In this document: positions 38,169 to 46,994 of the stretch, piece after piece
Numbering within the stretch: the stretch's first letter is position 1
Layout of the letters: each line of letters starts with the position of its first letter
Origin: Myxococcota bacterium
GTDB taxonomy: Bacteria > Myxococcota_A > Polyangia > Nannocystales > Nannocystaceae
Length of the DNA stretch: 64,000 nt
Assembly (NCBI GenBank): GCA_039028615.1
Contig: JBCCHT010000057.1
Coordinates: forward strand, 11,156 to 75,155
Direction of reading: 5' to 3'
Position numbers and translations under genes: made by a program
Notes under the pieces: generated by a model
What the model saw: the letters and a program-made list of their open reading frames with translations, nothing else
Database searches by the model: none
What the model was told of the DNA's origin: nothing

Positions 38169-40634
38169 ATGAAACCGACCCGACGCCGCATCCCCTGGTC
38201 GATCGGCTGTGTGTCGTTGGTTTCGCTCGCCACCGCGGCTTGCGGAGACGACGCTCCCACCAACCCCACCGACCCCAGCACGACCTCCGGCACGTCCATC
38301 ACCGACACCTTCCCCGACGACAGCTCTGGCACCACGGGCGGAGAGACCGAGGGCAGCACCTCCGGCACGACCGAGGTCGCCGACGAGACCGGCGATACCG
38401 GCGAAGTCTGCGAGACGATCTTGTGCGGCGGGGTCTGCTGCGACGAGACCGAAGAGTGCGTCAACGACAGCTGCCTGCCGATCTGCGAGACCGAGATTCG
38501 CTGCGGTGAAGATCAAGAGCTGTGCTGCGACGAGGGCCAGGTCTGCTTGGCCACCGCATGCGTGACGCCGACCGGCGAGTGCACCGACGCCTACGACTGC
38601 GAAGAGGGGGAGTTCTGCGAGCCCACGCTCGGGCAGTGCCTGCCTCAGCCCGATCCCCTCGACTGCGAGCTCGTCCCCGAGTTCGACGACATCGAGGTTC
38701 AGGTCGAGTGGTCCTTCGAGGACGAGCAGATCATCTCGATGCCCGCCGTCGGCGACGTCGACGGTGACATGCGCCCCGAGGTGGTCATCAACACCTACTT
38801 CGCCACCGACCCCGGCGGCAGCTCGGCCGAGTTCTTCGGCGAGATCATCGTGCTCGACGGCGAGAACGGCAACGTGCAGTTCCGCGTCGAGAACAACCCG
38901 GGCAGCGGCGAGTTCGGCTCGTACGCCCGCTCGACCATCGGCCTCGCCGACGTCGACGGCAACGACCTGGCCGACATCATCTATGTCGGCCGGCCCACCA
39001 CGGGCATCGCCCCCTTCGCCAGCAACTCGTCGATCATTCACGCCATCGACGGCCTGGGCAACACGCTGTGGGCCAGCCACGACGAGGACGACGAGCCGTA
39101 CTACATCTACGTGCGCCACGGCGCCCCGGCCTTCGCCAACTTCGACAACGACTCCGCGTCGGAGATCGTGTTCGGCACCACCGTGCTCGACAACGATGGC
39201 CTCGTCGTCTTCGACAACGACGTGTTCATCGGCGCCACCAACTACCGCGGCGGCATCTCGGGCTCGAACGGCAACTACCTGGGCGGCATCTCGCTCATCG
39301 CCGACCTGACCGGCGACGACTATCCCGAGATCATCTCGGGTCGCCAGGCCTGGACGGTCACCTGGGACGACGGCGTCAGCCCGCCCGACGTCGAGCTGAC
39401 CCCGCTGTGGGAGTACACCGGTCCCGATGGCTTCCCCGCCATCGCCGACCTCGATCTCGACGGTGACCCCGAGGTCGTCATCGTGGCCGACCCCGCGCCC
39501 TTCAACGTGCTCGACGGCACCATCATCGTGCTCGACGGCGCCACCGGTAACCTATGGTGCGGCATCGACCCGACCGGGGCCATGTGCGAGGGCAACGACT
39601 CGCTGCGCACCCAGCCCATCGACATCCCGGGCGGCGGCCGCGGTGGCCCGCCCACCATCGCCGACTTCGACGGTGACGGACGGCCCGAGATCGCGGTCGC
39701 GGGTGGCTCTTCGTACTCCGTGTACGACCTCAACCGCATGGGCGAGGACATCGTGCAGCCCGCGGGCGATCCTCCGCCCCAGGCCGGCGACATCTACGTG
39801 CGCTGGACCTCGACCACCCAGGACCAGAGCTCCAACGTCACCGGCTCCTCCGTGTTCGACTTCCAGGGCGACGGCATCTCCGAGGTCATCTACGCCGACG
39901 AGTGCTTCCTGCGGGTCTACAGCGGCGACGACGGCAACATCATCCTCGAGCAGGAGAACTCGAGCGCAACCATCCACGAGTACCCGATCGTCGTCGATGC
40001 CGACGGCGACGGAAACTCCGAGCTGCTGGTCGTGGCCAACGACGCCAACGCCGACGCCGACTGCGGGTCGATCCCCGGCTACGAGACCCGACGCGGCGTG
40101 TTCATGTACGGCGACGTCAACGACCAGTGGGTCCGCACCCGCCAGGTCTGGAACTCGCACACGTACCACGTGACCAACGCGACCTCGTCGGGCCTCACCC
40201 CGACCATGCTGGAGAACAACTGGGAAGACCCCCAGCTGAACAACTTCCGGCAGAACTTCCAGGGCGCGGGCGTGTTCAATGCCCCCGACCTGTCGGTCGA
40301 CCTCTCCGTCGGCCTGGCCAACTGCCTGCAGAAGGAGTTCGAGGTCATCGCCACCGTGCGCAACACCGGCTCCATCGGCATCCCGCCGGGCGTCGACGTC
40401 ACGCTCTACCGCGGCACCGACAACACCGGTGAGGTGGTCAGCACCCAGCAGACGGCCGTGCCGCTGCTCCCGGGCGCCTCCACCAACGTCTCGTGGCTCG
40501 AGCCCAACCCGGGCGGCACGCCGCAGGACTACTTCGTCGAGGTCGACTTCGACGACGTCGATGTCGTGACCGAGTGCGACGAGGACAACAACACCGCCGA
40601 CGCCAACGCGGTGGCCTGCCCGATCCCCGAGTGA
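38169..40634 (+). CDS. Lipoprotein with Cys-rich region, FG-GAP beta-propeller and CARDB-like domain
   Basis: Lipobox TAA-C-GDD; DVDGD, DLDLDG, DFDGDG, DFQGDG repeats; APDL..VRNTG..ECDEDNN. Confidence 0.9.
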   Translation: MKPTRRRIPWSIGCVSLVSLATAACGDDAPTNPTDPSTTSGTSITDTFPDDSSGTTGGETEGSTSGTTEVADETGDTGEVCETILCGGVCCDETEECVNDSCLPICETEIRCGEDQELCCDEGQVCLATACVTPTGECTDAYDCEEGEFCEPTLGQCLPQPDPLDCELVPEFDDIEVQVEWSFEDEQIISMPAVGDVDGDMRPEVVINTYFATDPGGSSAEFFGEIIVLDGENGNVQFRVENNPGSGEFGSYARSTIGLADVDGNDLADIIYVGRPTTGIAPFASNSSIIHAIDGLGNTLWASHDEDDEPYYIYVRHGAPAFANFDNDSASEIVFGTTVLDNDGLVVFDNDVFIGATNYRGGISGSNGNYLGGISLIADLTGDDYPEIISGRQAWTVTWDDGVSPPDVELTPLWEYTGPDGFPAIADLDLDGDPEVVIVADPAPFNVLDGTIIVLDGATGNLWCGIDPTGAMCEGNDSLRTQPIDIPGGGRGGPPTIADFDGDGRPEIAVAGGSSYSVYDLNRMGEDIVQPAGDPPPQAGDIYVRWTSTTQDQSSNVTGSSVFDFQGDGISEVIYADECFLRVYSGDDGNIILEQENSSATIHEYPIVVDADGDGNSELLVVANDANADADCGSIPGYETRRGVFMYGDVNDQWVRTRQVWNSHTYHVTNATSSGLTPTMLENNWEDPQLNNFRQNFQGAGVFNAPDLSVDLSVGLANCLQKEFEVIATVRNTGSIGIPPGVDVTLYRGTDNTGEVVSTQQTAVPLLPGASTNVSWLEPNPGGTPQDYFVEVDFDDVDVVTECDEDNNTADANAVACPIPE

Positions 40635-40892
40635 TCGGCCGCTTCGTACGCGCCTGACGAGCGGGCGGGGACCTCGGTCTCCGCCCGTTTTCAATTGCGG
40701 CCCCAGAAGACCCGCTACGGGGCGTCAGACGACGCCCGAAGAAAAATCGAAGTTTCCTTGTAATCGCCAGCCCGCTCGCGCGCCTCACCGTTGAGTACGG
40801 CAAAGCGAAGTGGCGCGCGGCCCCGATGTTGTTCGGAGCCGCGCGCCGCCACGGAGGTCTTTGCCCGACGACGAACGATTGAGGACTACATC

Positions 40893-41708
40893 ATGACCCA
40901 CTACGCGTTTTCCAAGCTTCGTACCCTGGGCCTCGGGCTCGGTCTGCTGATTCCCGCCTTTGCCGTCTACGGCTGCGATCCCGTCGAGGAAGAGCCCGGA
41001 GCAGGCGAGTCCGGCGGCGCCGACGAAGGCGGTGCCGACGAAGGCGGTGCCGACGAAGGCGGTGAAGAGGGCGGAGCCGAAGGAGGAGGCGAAGGCGACG
41101 ACGGAGCCGATGATGGGGCCGACGACGGCGAGCCGACCGACTGCGAAGAGGCCGAGCAAGCCTGCGCCGACGCGGACCTCACCCCCGAGCAGTGCGCCGC
41201 CGAGTTCCCCGAGTGCTTCGATCCGCCCGCGCCGCCCAGCTGCGAAGAGGCCGAGGAGATCTGCGCCGCCGAGAAGCTCTCCCCCGAGCAGTGCGCCGCC
41301 GAGTACCCCGAGTGCTTCGACGAGCCCAACGACTGCAAGGAGGCCGAACAGCAGTGTGCCGCCGACGAGCTCACGCCCGAGCAGTGCGCCGCCGAGTTCC
41401 CCGAGTGCTTCGACGAGCCCAACGAGTGCGACCAGGTCGAGGAGATCTGCGCCGCCGACAAGCTCACGCCCGAGCAGTGCGCGGCCGAGTTCCCCGAGTG
41501 CTTCGACCCCGTGCCCCCCGAGTGCAAGGAGGTCTTCGGCCAGTGCGAAGAGTGGATGCTGACCGAGGAAGAGTGCGCCCTGGAGTTCCCCGAGTGCTTC
41601 CCCGCGCCCCCGCCCCCCGAGGTCAACTGCGACGAGGTCTGGGGTATCTGCGAGAAGCTGGGCCTCGGCGAAGAGCAGTGCGTCTCCGAGTTCCCCGAGT
41701 GCTTCTAG
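40893..41708 (+). CDS. Lipoprotein with six tandem four-Cys repeats
   Basis: GAGGA ribosome-binding site; lipobox VYG-C; six C-x6-C-x9-C-x6-CF units. Confidence 0.85.
   Translation: MTHYAFSKLRTLGLGLGLLIPAFAVYGCDPVEEEPGAGESGGADEGGADEGGADEGGEEGGAEGGGEGDDGADDGADDGEPTDCEEAEQACADADLTPEQCAAEFPECFDPPAPPSCEEAEEICAAEKLSPEQCAAEYPECFDEPNDCKEAEQQCAADELTPEQCAAEFPECFDEPNECDQVEEICAADKLTPEQCAAEFPECFDPVPPECKEVFGQCEEWMLTEEECALEFPECFPAPPPPEVNCDEVWGICEKLGLGEEQCVSEFPECF
41140..41705 (+). repeat. Coding tandem repeat, six units with conserved CCCGAGTGCTTC core
   Basis: GAG(T/C)..CCCCGAGTGCTTC recurs six times at in-frame spacings. Confidence 0.9.
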
Positions 41709-41722
41709 ACTACGACTGAACA

Positions 41723-41764
41723 CGACGAAGCTCGGTGGGCCGCGAGGCTCACCGAGCTTCGTTG
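41723..41764. terminator. Strong hairpin with GCGA tetraloop after the repeat lipoprotein
   Basis: ACGAAGCTCGGTGGGCC-GCGA-GGCTCACCGAGCTTCGT; weak U-tract. Confidence 0.6.
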
Positions 41765-41820
41765 CGTCGCCCCTTCCCCTCGGCGGCCGCGGTTCCTACC
41801 CTCGCCCCCGCCAGGGACTG

Positions 41821-42459
41821 ATGAGCGACTCCAAGACGATTTGTGTATTCGGCGCGACCGGTCAGGTCGGCAGCCAGTTTCTTCCGCTCGCGCTCGAGGC
41901 CGGCTACCGCGTCCGCGCGCTCGTCCGCAAACCGGACAAGCTCGCGCAGCGGGACCACGAGCACGTCGAGGCGATCGCGGGCAACGCCACCGACGCGGGC
42001 GACGTCGCCAAGGCGGTGGCCGGCTCGCAGCTGGTCACCAGCTTTCTGGGCAACCCCAGCAAGGACCTCCACATCATGGAGGCCGCGAACCGCAACATCC
42101 TGGAGGCCGCCCGCGAGCAGGCGAGCCCGCCGCGGTGCCTGTTCATCTCCAGCATCGGTATGGGCGGGTCGTCGTGGCTCATCGGCGGCATGCTCAAGCT
42201 GATGGCCGGCAAAGCGAGCATCATGGACTACGAGCGGGCCGACGCGCTCGTGCGTGCCGAGACCACGGTGCCCTACGCGCTCATCCGTCCCTACGCGCTC
42301 ACCGACAAGCCGGGCACGGGCACCTACAAGCTCATCCCCAAAAAAACGGTGCACTTCGCCAAGCCGATCGCCCGGGCCGACGTCGCCAAGTTCTTCTTCG
42401 ACTGCCTCGAGAACACGCAGTGGGATGGACCGGCGGCGGTCCACCTCACGGGCGCCTGA
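41821..42459 (+). CDS. NAD(P)H-binding oxidoreductase (flavin reductase/BVR-B-like atypical SDR)
   Basis: VFGATGQVG, ALVR, IRP..LTD, IARADVA. Confidence 0.88.
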   Translation: MSDSKTICVFGATGQVGSQFLPLALEAGYRVRALVRKPDKLAQRDHEHVEAIAGNATDAGDVAKAVAGSQLVTSFLGNPSKDLHIMEAANRNILEAAREQASPPRCLFISSIGMGGSSWLIGGMLKLMAGKASIMDYERADALVRAETTVPYALIRPYALTDKPGTGTYKLIPKKTVHFAKPIARADVAKFFFDCLENTQWDGPAAVHLTGA

Positions 42460-42500
42460 GCGTGGCCAAAGGCGCCCGCACACGATAGCGTCCCGGGCTC

Positions 42501-43193
42501 ATGCCCTACTCGTGGTTGCTCTTCGACGCCGACGGGACCCTCTACGACTTCCGCGCGGCCGAGGCCAGCGCCATCGCCAAGACCTTCACCCACCTCGGGG
42601 TCGAGCCGAGCCCGGACGTCACCGCGACCTATCGCGAGATCAACACCCGGGTGTGGCAACAGCTCGAGCGCGGCGAGCTGCTCCCCGCCGACCTCGGGGA
42701 GCGACGCTTTGCCCTGATCTTCGAGGCCCTCGGCCTCGACTTCGACCCGGCCGATGCCAGCGCGCGACACTTCGTGCACCTGAGCGAGGGCAGCGAGCTG
42801 CTCGCGGGCGCCGAGGCGCTCATCGAAGACCTCCGCCGCGACCATCGGCTGGCGATCATCACCAACGGGCTCTCGGCCGTGCAGCGACCACGCTTTGCCG
42901 CCTCGAGCATCGGGCACCGTTTCGACCCAGTGGTGATCTCCGACGAGGTCGGCGTCGCCAAGCCGGACCCGCGCATCTTCGACCTCGTGTTCGAGGGTAT
43001 GGGGCACCCCGCCAAGGACGAGGTCTTGCTGATCGGCGACAGCCTGTCCTCGGACATTCGCGGCGGCTCGAACTACGGCCTGGACACCGTCTGGTTCAAC
43101 CCGCAGCAAAAGACCGCACCGAGCGATCTGAGCATCACGCATCAGATCGCGGCACTCACCGAGCTGCCTGCGCTGGTGCGAGGCGAGCCGTAG
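42501..43193 (+). CDS. yjjG: YjjG-family HAD nucleotidase
   Basis: FDADGTLYDF, ITNG, KPDPRIF, IGDSLSSDIRG. Confidence 0.92.
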   Translation: MPYSWLLFDADGTLYDFRAAEASAIAKTFTHLGVEPSPDVTATYREINTRVWQQLERGELLPADLGERRFALIFEALGLDFDPADASARHFVHLSEGSELLAGAEALIEDLRRDHRLAIITNGLSAVQRPRFAASSIGHRFDPVVISDEVGVAKPDPRIFDLVFEGMGHPAKDEVLLIGDSLSSDIRGGSNYGLDTVWFNPQQKTAPSDLSITHQIAALTELPALVRGEP

Positions 43194-43200
43194 CGAGGGC

Positions 43201-44064
43201 TCAGCCCACCGCTCGGGCGAAGGTGCCGGTATCGGTCTTGGGCGCCGTCTGGACGCCGAGGGCAGCGCGGAGCCGACGGGCGACCAACCGCGCGTCGGAA
43301 TCACGCTGCGGCACCGAGGGCCGCAACATGCGATCGAGCGCGAGCTGGGCGGCGACTGGCAGCATGGGGGAGCCCGGAGGAAGCCGGTCGAAGTCGGGCC
43401 GGAACGCGATGCGACAGGCGATGTCGACCGGCATGTCCACGAACGGCGCATGGCCACTGATCGCATGCCAGAGCACGACCCCGAGCGAGTAGATGTCGGA
43501 GGCGGGGCGGCAACCGGTGCCGGCCAGCAGCTCGGGCGCAGCGTAGGCAGCAGCACTGCTCGCACGCGAGTCGAACGACAGCGGCTGCTCTTCGGCGGCC
43601 ACGAGCGAGACTTGATCGAGACCGACCAGCTTGATTCGCCGGGCGACGCCGGAGCGGATCATGATGGCGTTGGGCGAGAGGTTGCGATGCACCAGCCCCT
43701 CGTCGTGCAGCGCGGCCAGCCCTTCGAGCACCTGGGCCCCGAGGTCGAAGACCTCGAACCACGACATGCGACCGACCTCGGTCAGGGCTTGCGCCAGGGT
43801 CAGACCGTCCACGCCTTCCATGACCAGGCAGGGGCGACCGCCCTCGAGCAAGCCAAAGTCGACCAGGCGCACCACGTTGTCGTGCCGCAGCGCGGCCATG
43901 GCCTCGCCCTCGAGCAGCGCACGCTCCGAGTCGCCCTCGGCCCACAGCTTGATGGAGACGGGGCCTGCGGTCTCGGTGTCCAGGCCTCGCCAGACCTGTC
44001 CGTTCGCGCTGGATGCTTGGAGTGACTCGACGCGATAGCGCCCGAACAAGAGCTCACCGATCAT
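43201..44064 (-). CDS. Ser/Thr kinase-like protein, probable pseudokinase
   Basis: Kinase fold (VSIK, HDNVVRL, YAAPE, DIYSLG), but HRNLSPNAI and KLVGL replace HRD and DFG. Confidence 0.85.
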   Translation of the reverse strand: MIGELLFGRYRVESLQASSANGQVWRGLDTETAGPVSIKLWAEGDSERALLEGEAMAALRHDNVVRLVDFGLLEGGRPCLVMEGVDGLTLAQALTEVGRMSWFEVFDLGAQVLEGLAALHDEGLVHRNLSPNAIMIRSGVARRIKLVGLDQVSLVAAEEQPLSFDSRASSAAAYAAPELLAGTGCRPASDIYSLGVVLWHAISGHAPFVDMPVDIACRIAFRPDFDRLPPGSPMLPVAAQLALDRMLRPSVPQRDSDARLVARRLRAALGVQTAPKTDTGTFARAVG

Positions 44065-44362
44065 TCCATGTACTCGTTTTCGCGGTCGCACTAGTAGGAC
44101 GAGGACCTGCATGCATCGCAGGCGCTTCGTAACCACCGTCGTTCCCCTTACGAGCTAACACGTGAAGCGGATCACGGCCGCCTCCATTGCGAGTCAATAC
44201 GGCGACCCAGTGTCCACTTTCGGTTCGGACGCGAAGGGTTCACCCCACTGCGTTAAACGAACAACGCGATCACGACGAAGAGCATCGTCGCATCGCGTTT
44301 GATCGATCGATCGGCCACCGCCAACGAGTGTTCCGGCGGTCCGATTCGTTCCCTCGACTCGC

Positions 44363-45661
44363 CTACGCGAGGAGTCCCTCGTGCGCCCGGAAGCCGGCGT
44401 CTTCGAGGGCACCTCGGATCTTGGTGAGGGCCCGCTCTTGCAGCTGACGAATGCGCTCGCGCGACAACCCGTGCAGCTCACCCACTTGTCGCAGGGTGAG
44501 GGTCTCGGCCCCGTCGAGCCCGAAGCGGTGTCGCAGGATGTCGGCCTCCATCGGACGCAGGGTCTCGAGCGCGTCGCCCAGCGCATCGTCCAGTCGCGTG
44601 TCGTGCAGGAGGTGATCGGCACTGGGACCTTCGTCGGCGATGACCTCGATGCCTCGCGCCACCCCTTCGCGATCGGGCTCGTCGAACGACGCGTCGCGTT
44701 GGGTCAAGGTCCGCTCGAGGCGCTCGAGCTTCTCCTCGGCCACGCCCAGCGCCTGCGCCAGCTCGGTGCGGTCGGGCACGCGCTGGTTGGCGATCTCGAA
44801 CTCGCGACGCGCCTGCACCATCTTGTGCTGCAGCTCCACCACGTGCACGGGCAGACGGACGGCACGGCCCTTGTCGCTCAGCGCCCGGCCGATGGCGTGA
44901 CGAATCCACCAGCTACCGTAGGTCGAGAACCGGAAGCCCTTGCGCGGGTCGAAGCGATCGACCGCGGTCATGAGACCCAGGTTGCCCTCTTGAATGAGGT
45001 CGGACAGCGGCATCCGGCCGTTGCGGCGATACCGATGGGCCATCGTCACCACCAGGCGAAGGTTGGCCCGCACCATCTGATGACGCGCGCTCGAGTGCGC
45101 CATGCGAGCGGCGCGAACGGAGTGGAGGTAGCGCTGGAAGGTCGCGCTGCCTCGCGCCGGGCTGCGCACGCCGAGGCTGGTGTTGCGCCCCTGGCCGGCG
45201 TCCATCGCCTCGAGGTCGGCCACGATGCGGTCGGCGATCTCCACCGAGGGATCGAGCTCACCCATCTCGTCGGCAAACTTGGCCCGGGTCGACTCGGCGG
45301 CCAGGCGGGGCTGCGTGCGAGGGCGACCGCGAAGGACGGCGGCGGCCTTGGTCATGGCCTTCATCGTCTTCGCCTTGCGGCCGTTGGACTCCAGGGATTC
45401 CCCGATGACCGCGAGCATGGCCTCGATGAAGGGCGCGTAGCCAAGGAGCTTCTCCCAGTAATCCCGTCGCAAGCGCTGGATTCGCTCGGCGACCTGGCGC
45501 TCCTGCGCGGCGTCCATCAGCTGCTCTTGGTCCAGCTCGGCGAAATACAGCTCGATGCCCTCATCCGACCTGGGACCGGCATGGCTACGGTCCGCACCGC
45601 GGCGTTTGGGCTGGCGCTGGGAAGTCACTCCCCCCGTGGACGTCGTGTTTGCTTTGAGCAT
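44363..45661 (-). CDS. Sigma-70 family factor (RpoD/RpoS-like regions 1.2-4, no region 1.1)
   Basis: LYFAEL, ANLRLVV, DLIQEGNLGLM.AVDRFD..KGFRFSTYGSWWIR, SRERIRQL. Confidence 0.93.
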   Translation of the reverse strand: MLKANTTSTGGVTSQRQPKRRGADRSHAGPRSDEGIELYFAELDQEQLMDAAQERQVAERIQRLRRDYWEKLLGYAPFIEAMLAVIGESLESNGRKAKTMKAMTKAAAVLRGRPRTQPRLAAESTRAKFADEMGELDPSVEIADRIVADLEAMDAGQGRNTSLGVRSPARGSATFQRYLHSVRAARMAHSSARHQMVRANLRLVVTMAHRYRRNGRMPLSDLIQEGNLGLMTAVDRFDPRKGFRFSTYGSWWIRHAIGRALSDKGRAVRLPVHVVELQHKMVQARREFEIANQRVPDRTELAQALGVAEEKLERLERTLTQRDASFDEPDREGVARGIEVIADEGPSADHLLHDTRLDDALGDALETLRPMEADILRHRFGLDGAETLTLRQVGELHGLSRERIRQLQERALTKIRGALEDAGFRAHEGLLA

Positions 45662-45678
45662 CGCTGGCCTCGAGTCGT

Positions 45679-45750
45679 GATCTACTTGGGGTTCGGTCAA
45701 CTGTCAAAGGTTTGTACAAAAATAATTCAAGCTTTGACAAAGCTCTCACA
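45679..45750 (-). promoter_or_regulatory. Sigma-gene promoter with overlapping CarH-type operator candidates
   Basis: Minus-strand TTGACA (45707-45702), 17 nt, TAGATC (45684-45679); palindromes TTTGTACAAA (45711-45720) and AGCTTTG-A-CAAAGCT (45730-45744). Confidence 0.65.
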
Positions 45751-45929
45751 ACGAGACGCGAATCGCAACGCTCCTTCGTGGCCGTGGAACGGGGAAAATT
45801 CGGCGATATGGGCCCAAAACGACGGTTTTCGGATCTGAGTTCGATCCTGTCGACCGTACCCGGCCCTGTGGCATCCCGACGCAACCACCGAGATTACGGT
45901 AACGATGCGCGCGTTCATCGCTGTTCTAT

Positions 45930-45976
45930 TGAACAACCTTTGACAACATCTCAGCAGAGTGCACAATCTTCATACA
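45930..45976 (+). promoter_or_regulatory. carH promoter with TnnACA-like repeats
   Basis: TGAACA 45930, TTGACA 45940, TCAGCA 45951, TGCACA 45960, CATACA 45971. Confidence 0.6.
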
Positions 45977-46010
45977 GCTCGGGGCGCGTGCGTCCGAAGA
46001 CGAGGCGACC

Positions 46011-46940
46011 GTGGCCGATCAACAAGGCAAGTACCGCATCAACGCGGTCTCAGAGATGACCGGCATTCCATCCGCGACGTTGCGGGCATGGGAGCGGCGC
46101 TACGGCGTGCCCGAGCCTCGGCGCACGGAGTCCTCGTATCGCGTCTATAGCGATTCCGACGTGGAGCTCATCTGCCGGGTGCGGGACCTGGGAGAGCAAG
46201 GCATGGCGCCGTCCGAGGCCGCCAAGCTGGTGCTCGCCGACCTCGAGCGTCAGCGTAACGCGGCCCCGGCCAACGGGGCCGACCCTTACGTGGGCGCCAC
46301 CCAGGCCATCGTGCACGGGGTCGAGGTCTTCGATCCCGAGCAGGTCCACTCTGCGGTTCGCCACGCGCTGGTGATGGGCCCCGCCACGACCGTCTTCGAT
46401 CGAGTGTTTCGCCCCGCCATGCGGGAGATCGGTCAGCGCTGGCACGACGGCACCTTCTCCGTCGGGCAAGAGCACATGGCCACCCAGATCGTCGAGGGCG
46501 CCACCATCTCCATGCTCAACCTCGTTCAACAAGAGGACGCGGACAAGAGCGCGGTGGTGGCCTGCTTTGCCGACGACACCCACTCGCTTCCCGTGCTCGG
46601 CTTCGCCCTGCACATGGCCACCTGGGGCTTCCGAGTCGTTCGGCTCGGCACGCGAACCCCCCCGGCCGCGATCCGGCAATCCATCGAGCAGCTCTCCCCT
46701 ACCGTGGTGGGGCTTTCGGTCACCGTGACCCCTCCGCCCCATCGGGCGCGAGAACTCGTCGAAGAGTACGCCAGCGCATGCCGCAACACGCCGTGGGTGG
46801 TCGGCGGTGCGGCTGCGGCCGACCTCCGCCCGCTCATCGAGCAGCACGGCGGCCAGGTCATCGAGGGCTATTCCCCTCGCGAGATCCGGCGGGCGATCGA
46901 GACGACCATCACCAAGCACCGCCGTCGCAAACGCTCCTGA
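46011..46940 (+). CDS. carH: MerR-family B12-binding regulator, CarH/CarA/LitR-like
   Basis: TLRAWERRYG..YRVYS DNA-binding domain; W-x9-EH (WHDGTFSVGQEH); DTH cobalamin ligand; VGLSVT, VGG. Confidence 0.88.
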   Translation: MADQQGKYRINAVSEMTGIPSATLRAWERRYGVPEPRRTESSYRVYSDSDVELICRVRDLGEQGMAPSEAAKLVLADLERQRNAAPANGADPYVGATQAIVHGVEVFDPEQVHSAVRHALVMGPATTVFDRVFRPAMREIGQRWHDGTFSVGQEHMATQIVEGATISMLNLVQQEDADKSAVVACFADDTHSLPVLGFALHMATWGFRVVRLGTRTPPAAIRQSIEQLSPTVVGLSVTVTPPPHRARELVEEYASACRNTPWVVGGAAAADLRPLIEQHGGQVIEGYSPREIRRAIETTITKHRRRKRS

Positions 46941-46994
46941 ACGGCGGGTCCCCGGCGGGGCCTCGGGTATGAGACACTCGATTTTCGAAGCCCC

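Noticed and set aside
41010..41705. CRISPR-like periodic repeats
   Set aside because: The repeats are in-frame coding units with similar intervening sequence; no cas genes or leader.
34794..41762. REP family suggested by shared GGCTCACCG/CGGTGGGCC arms in two hairpins
   Set aside because: The arm order is swapped and there are only two copies; GC-rich terminators explain them.
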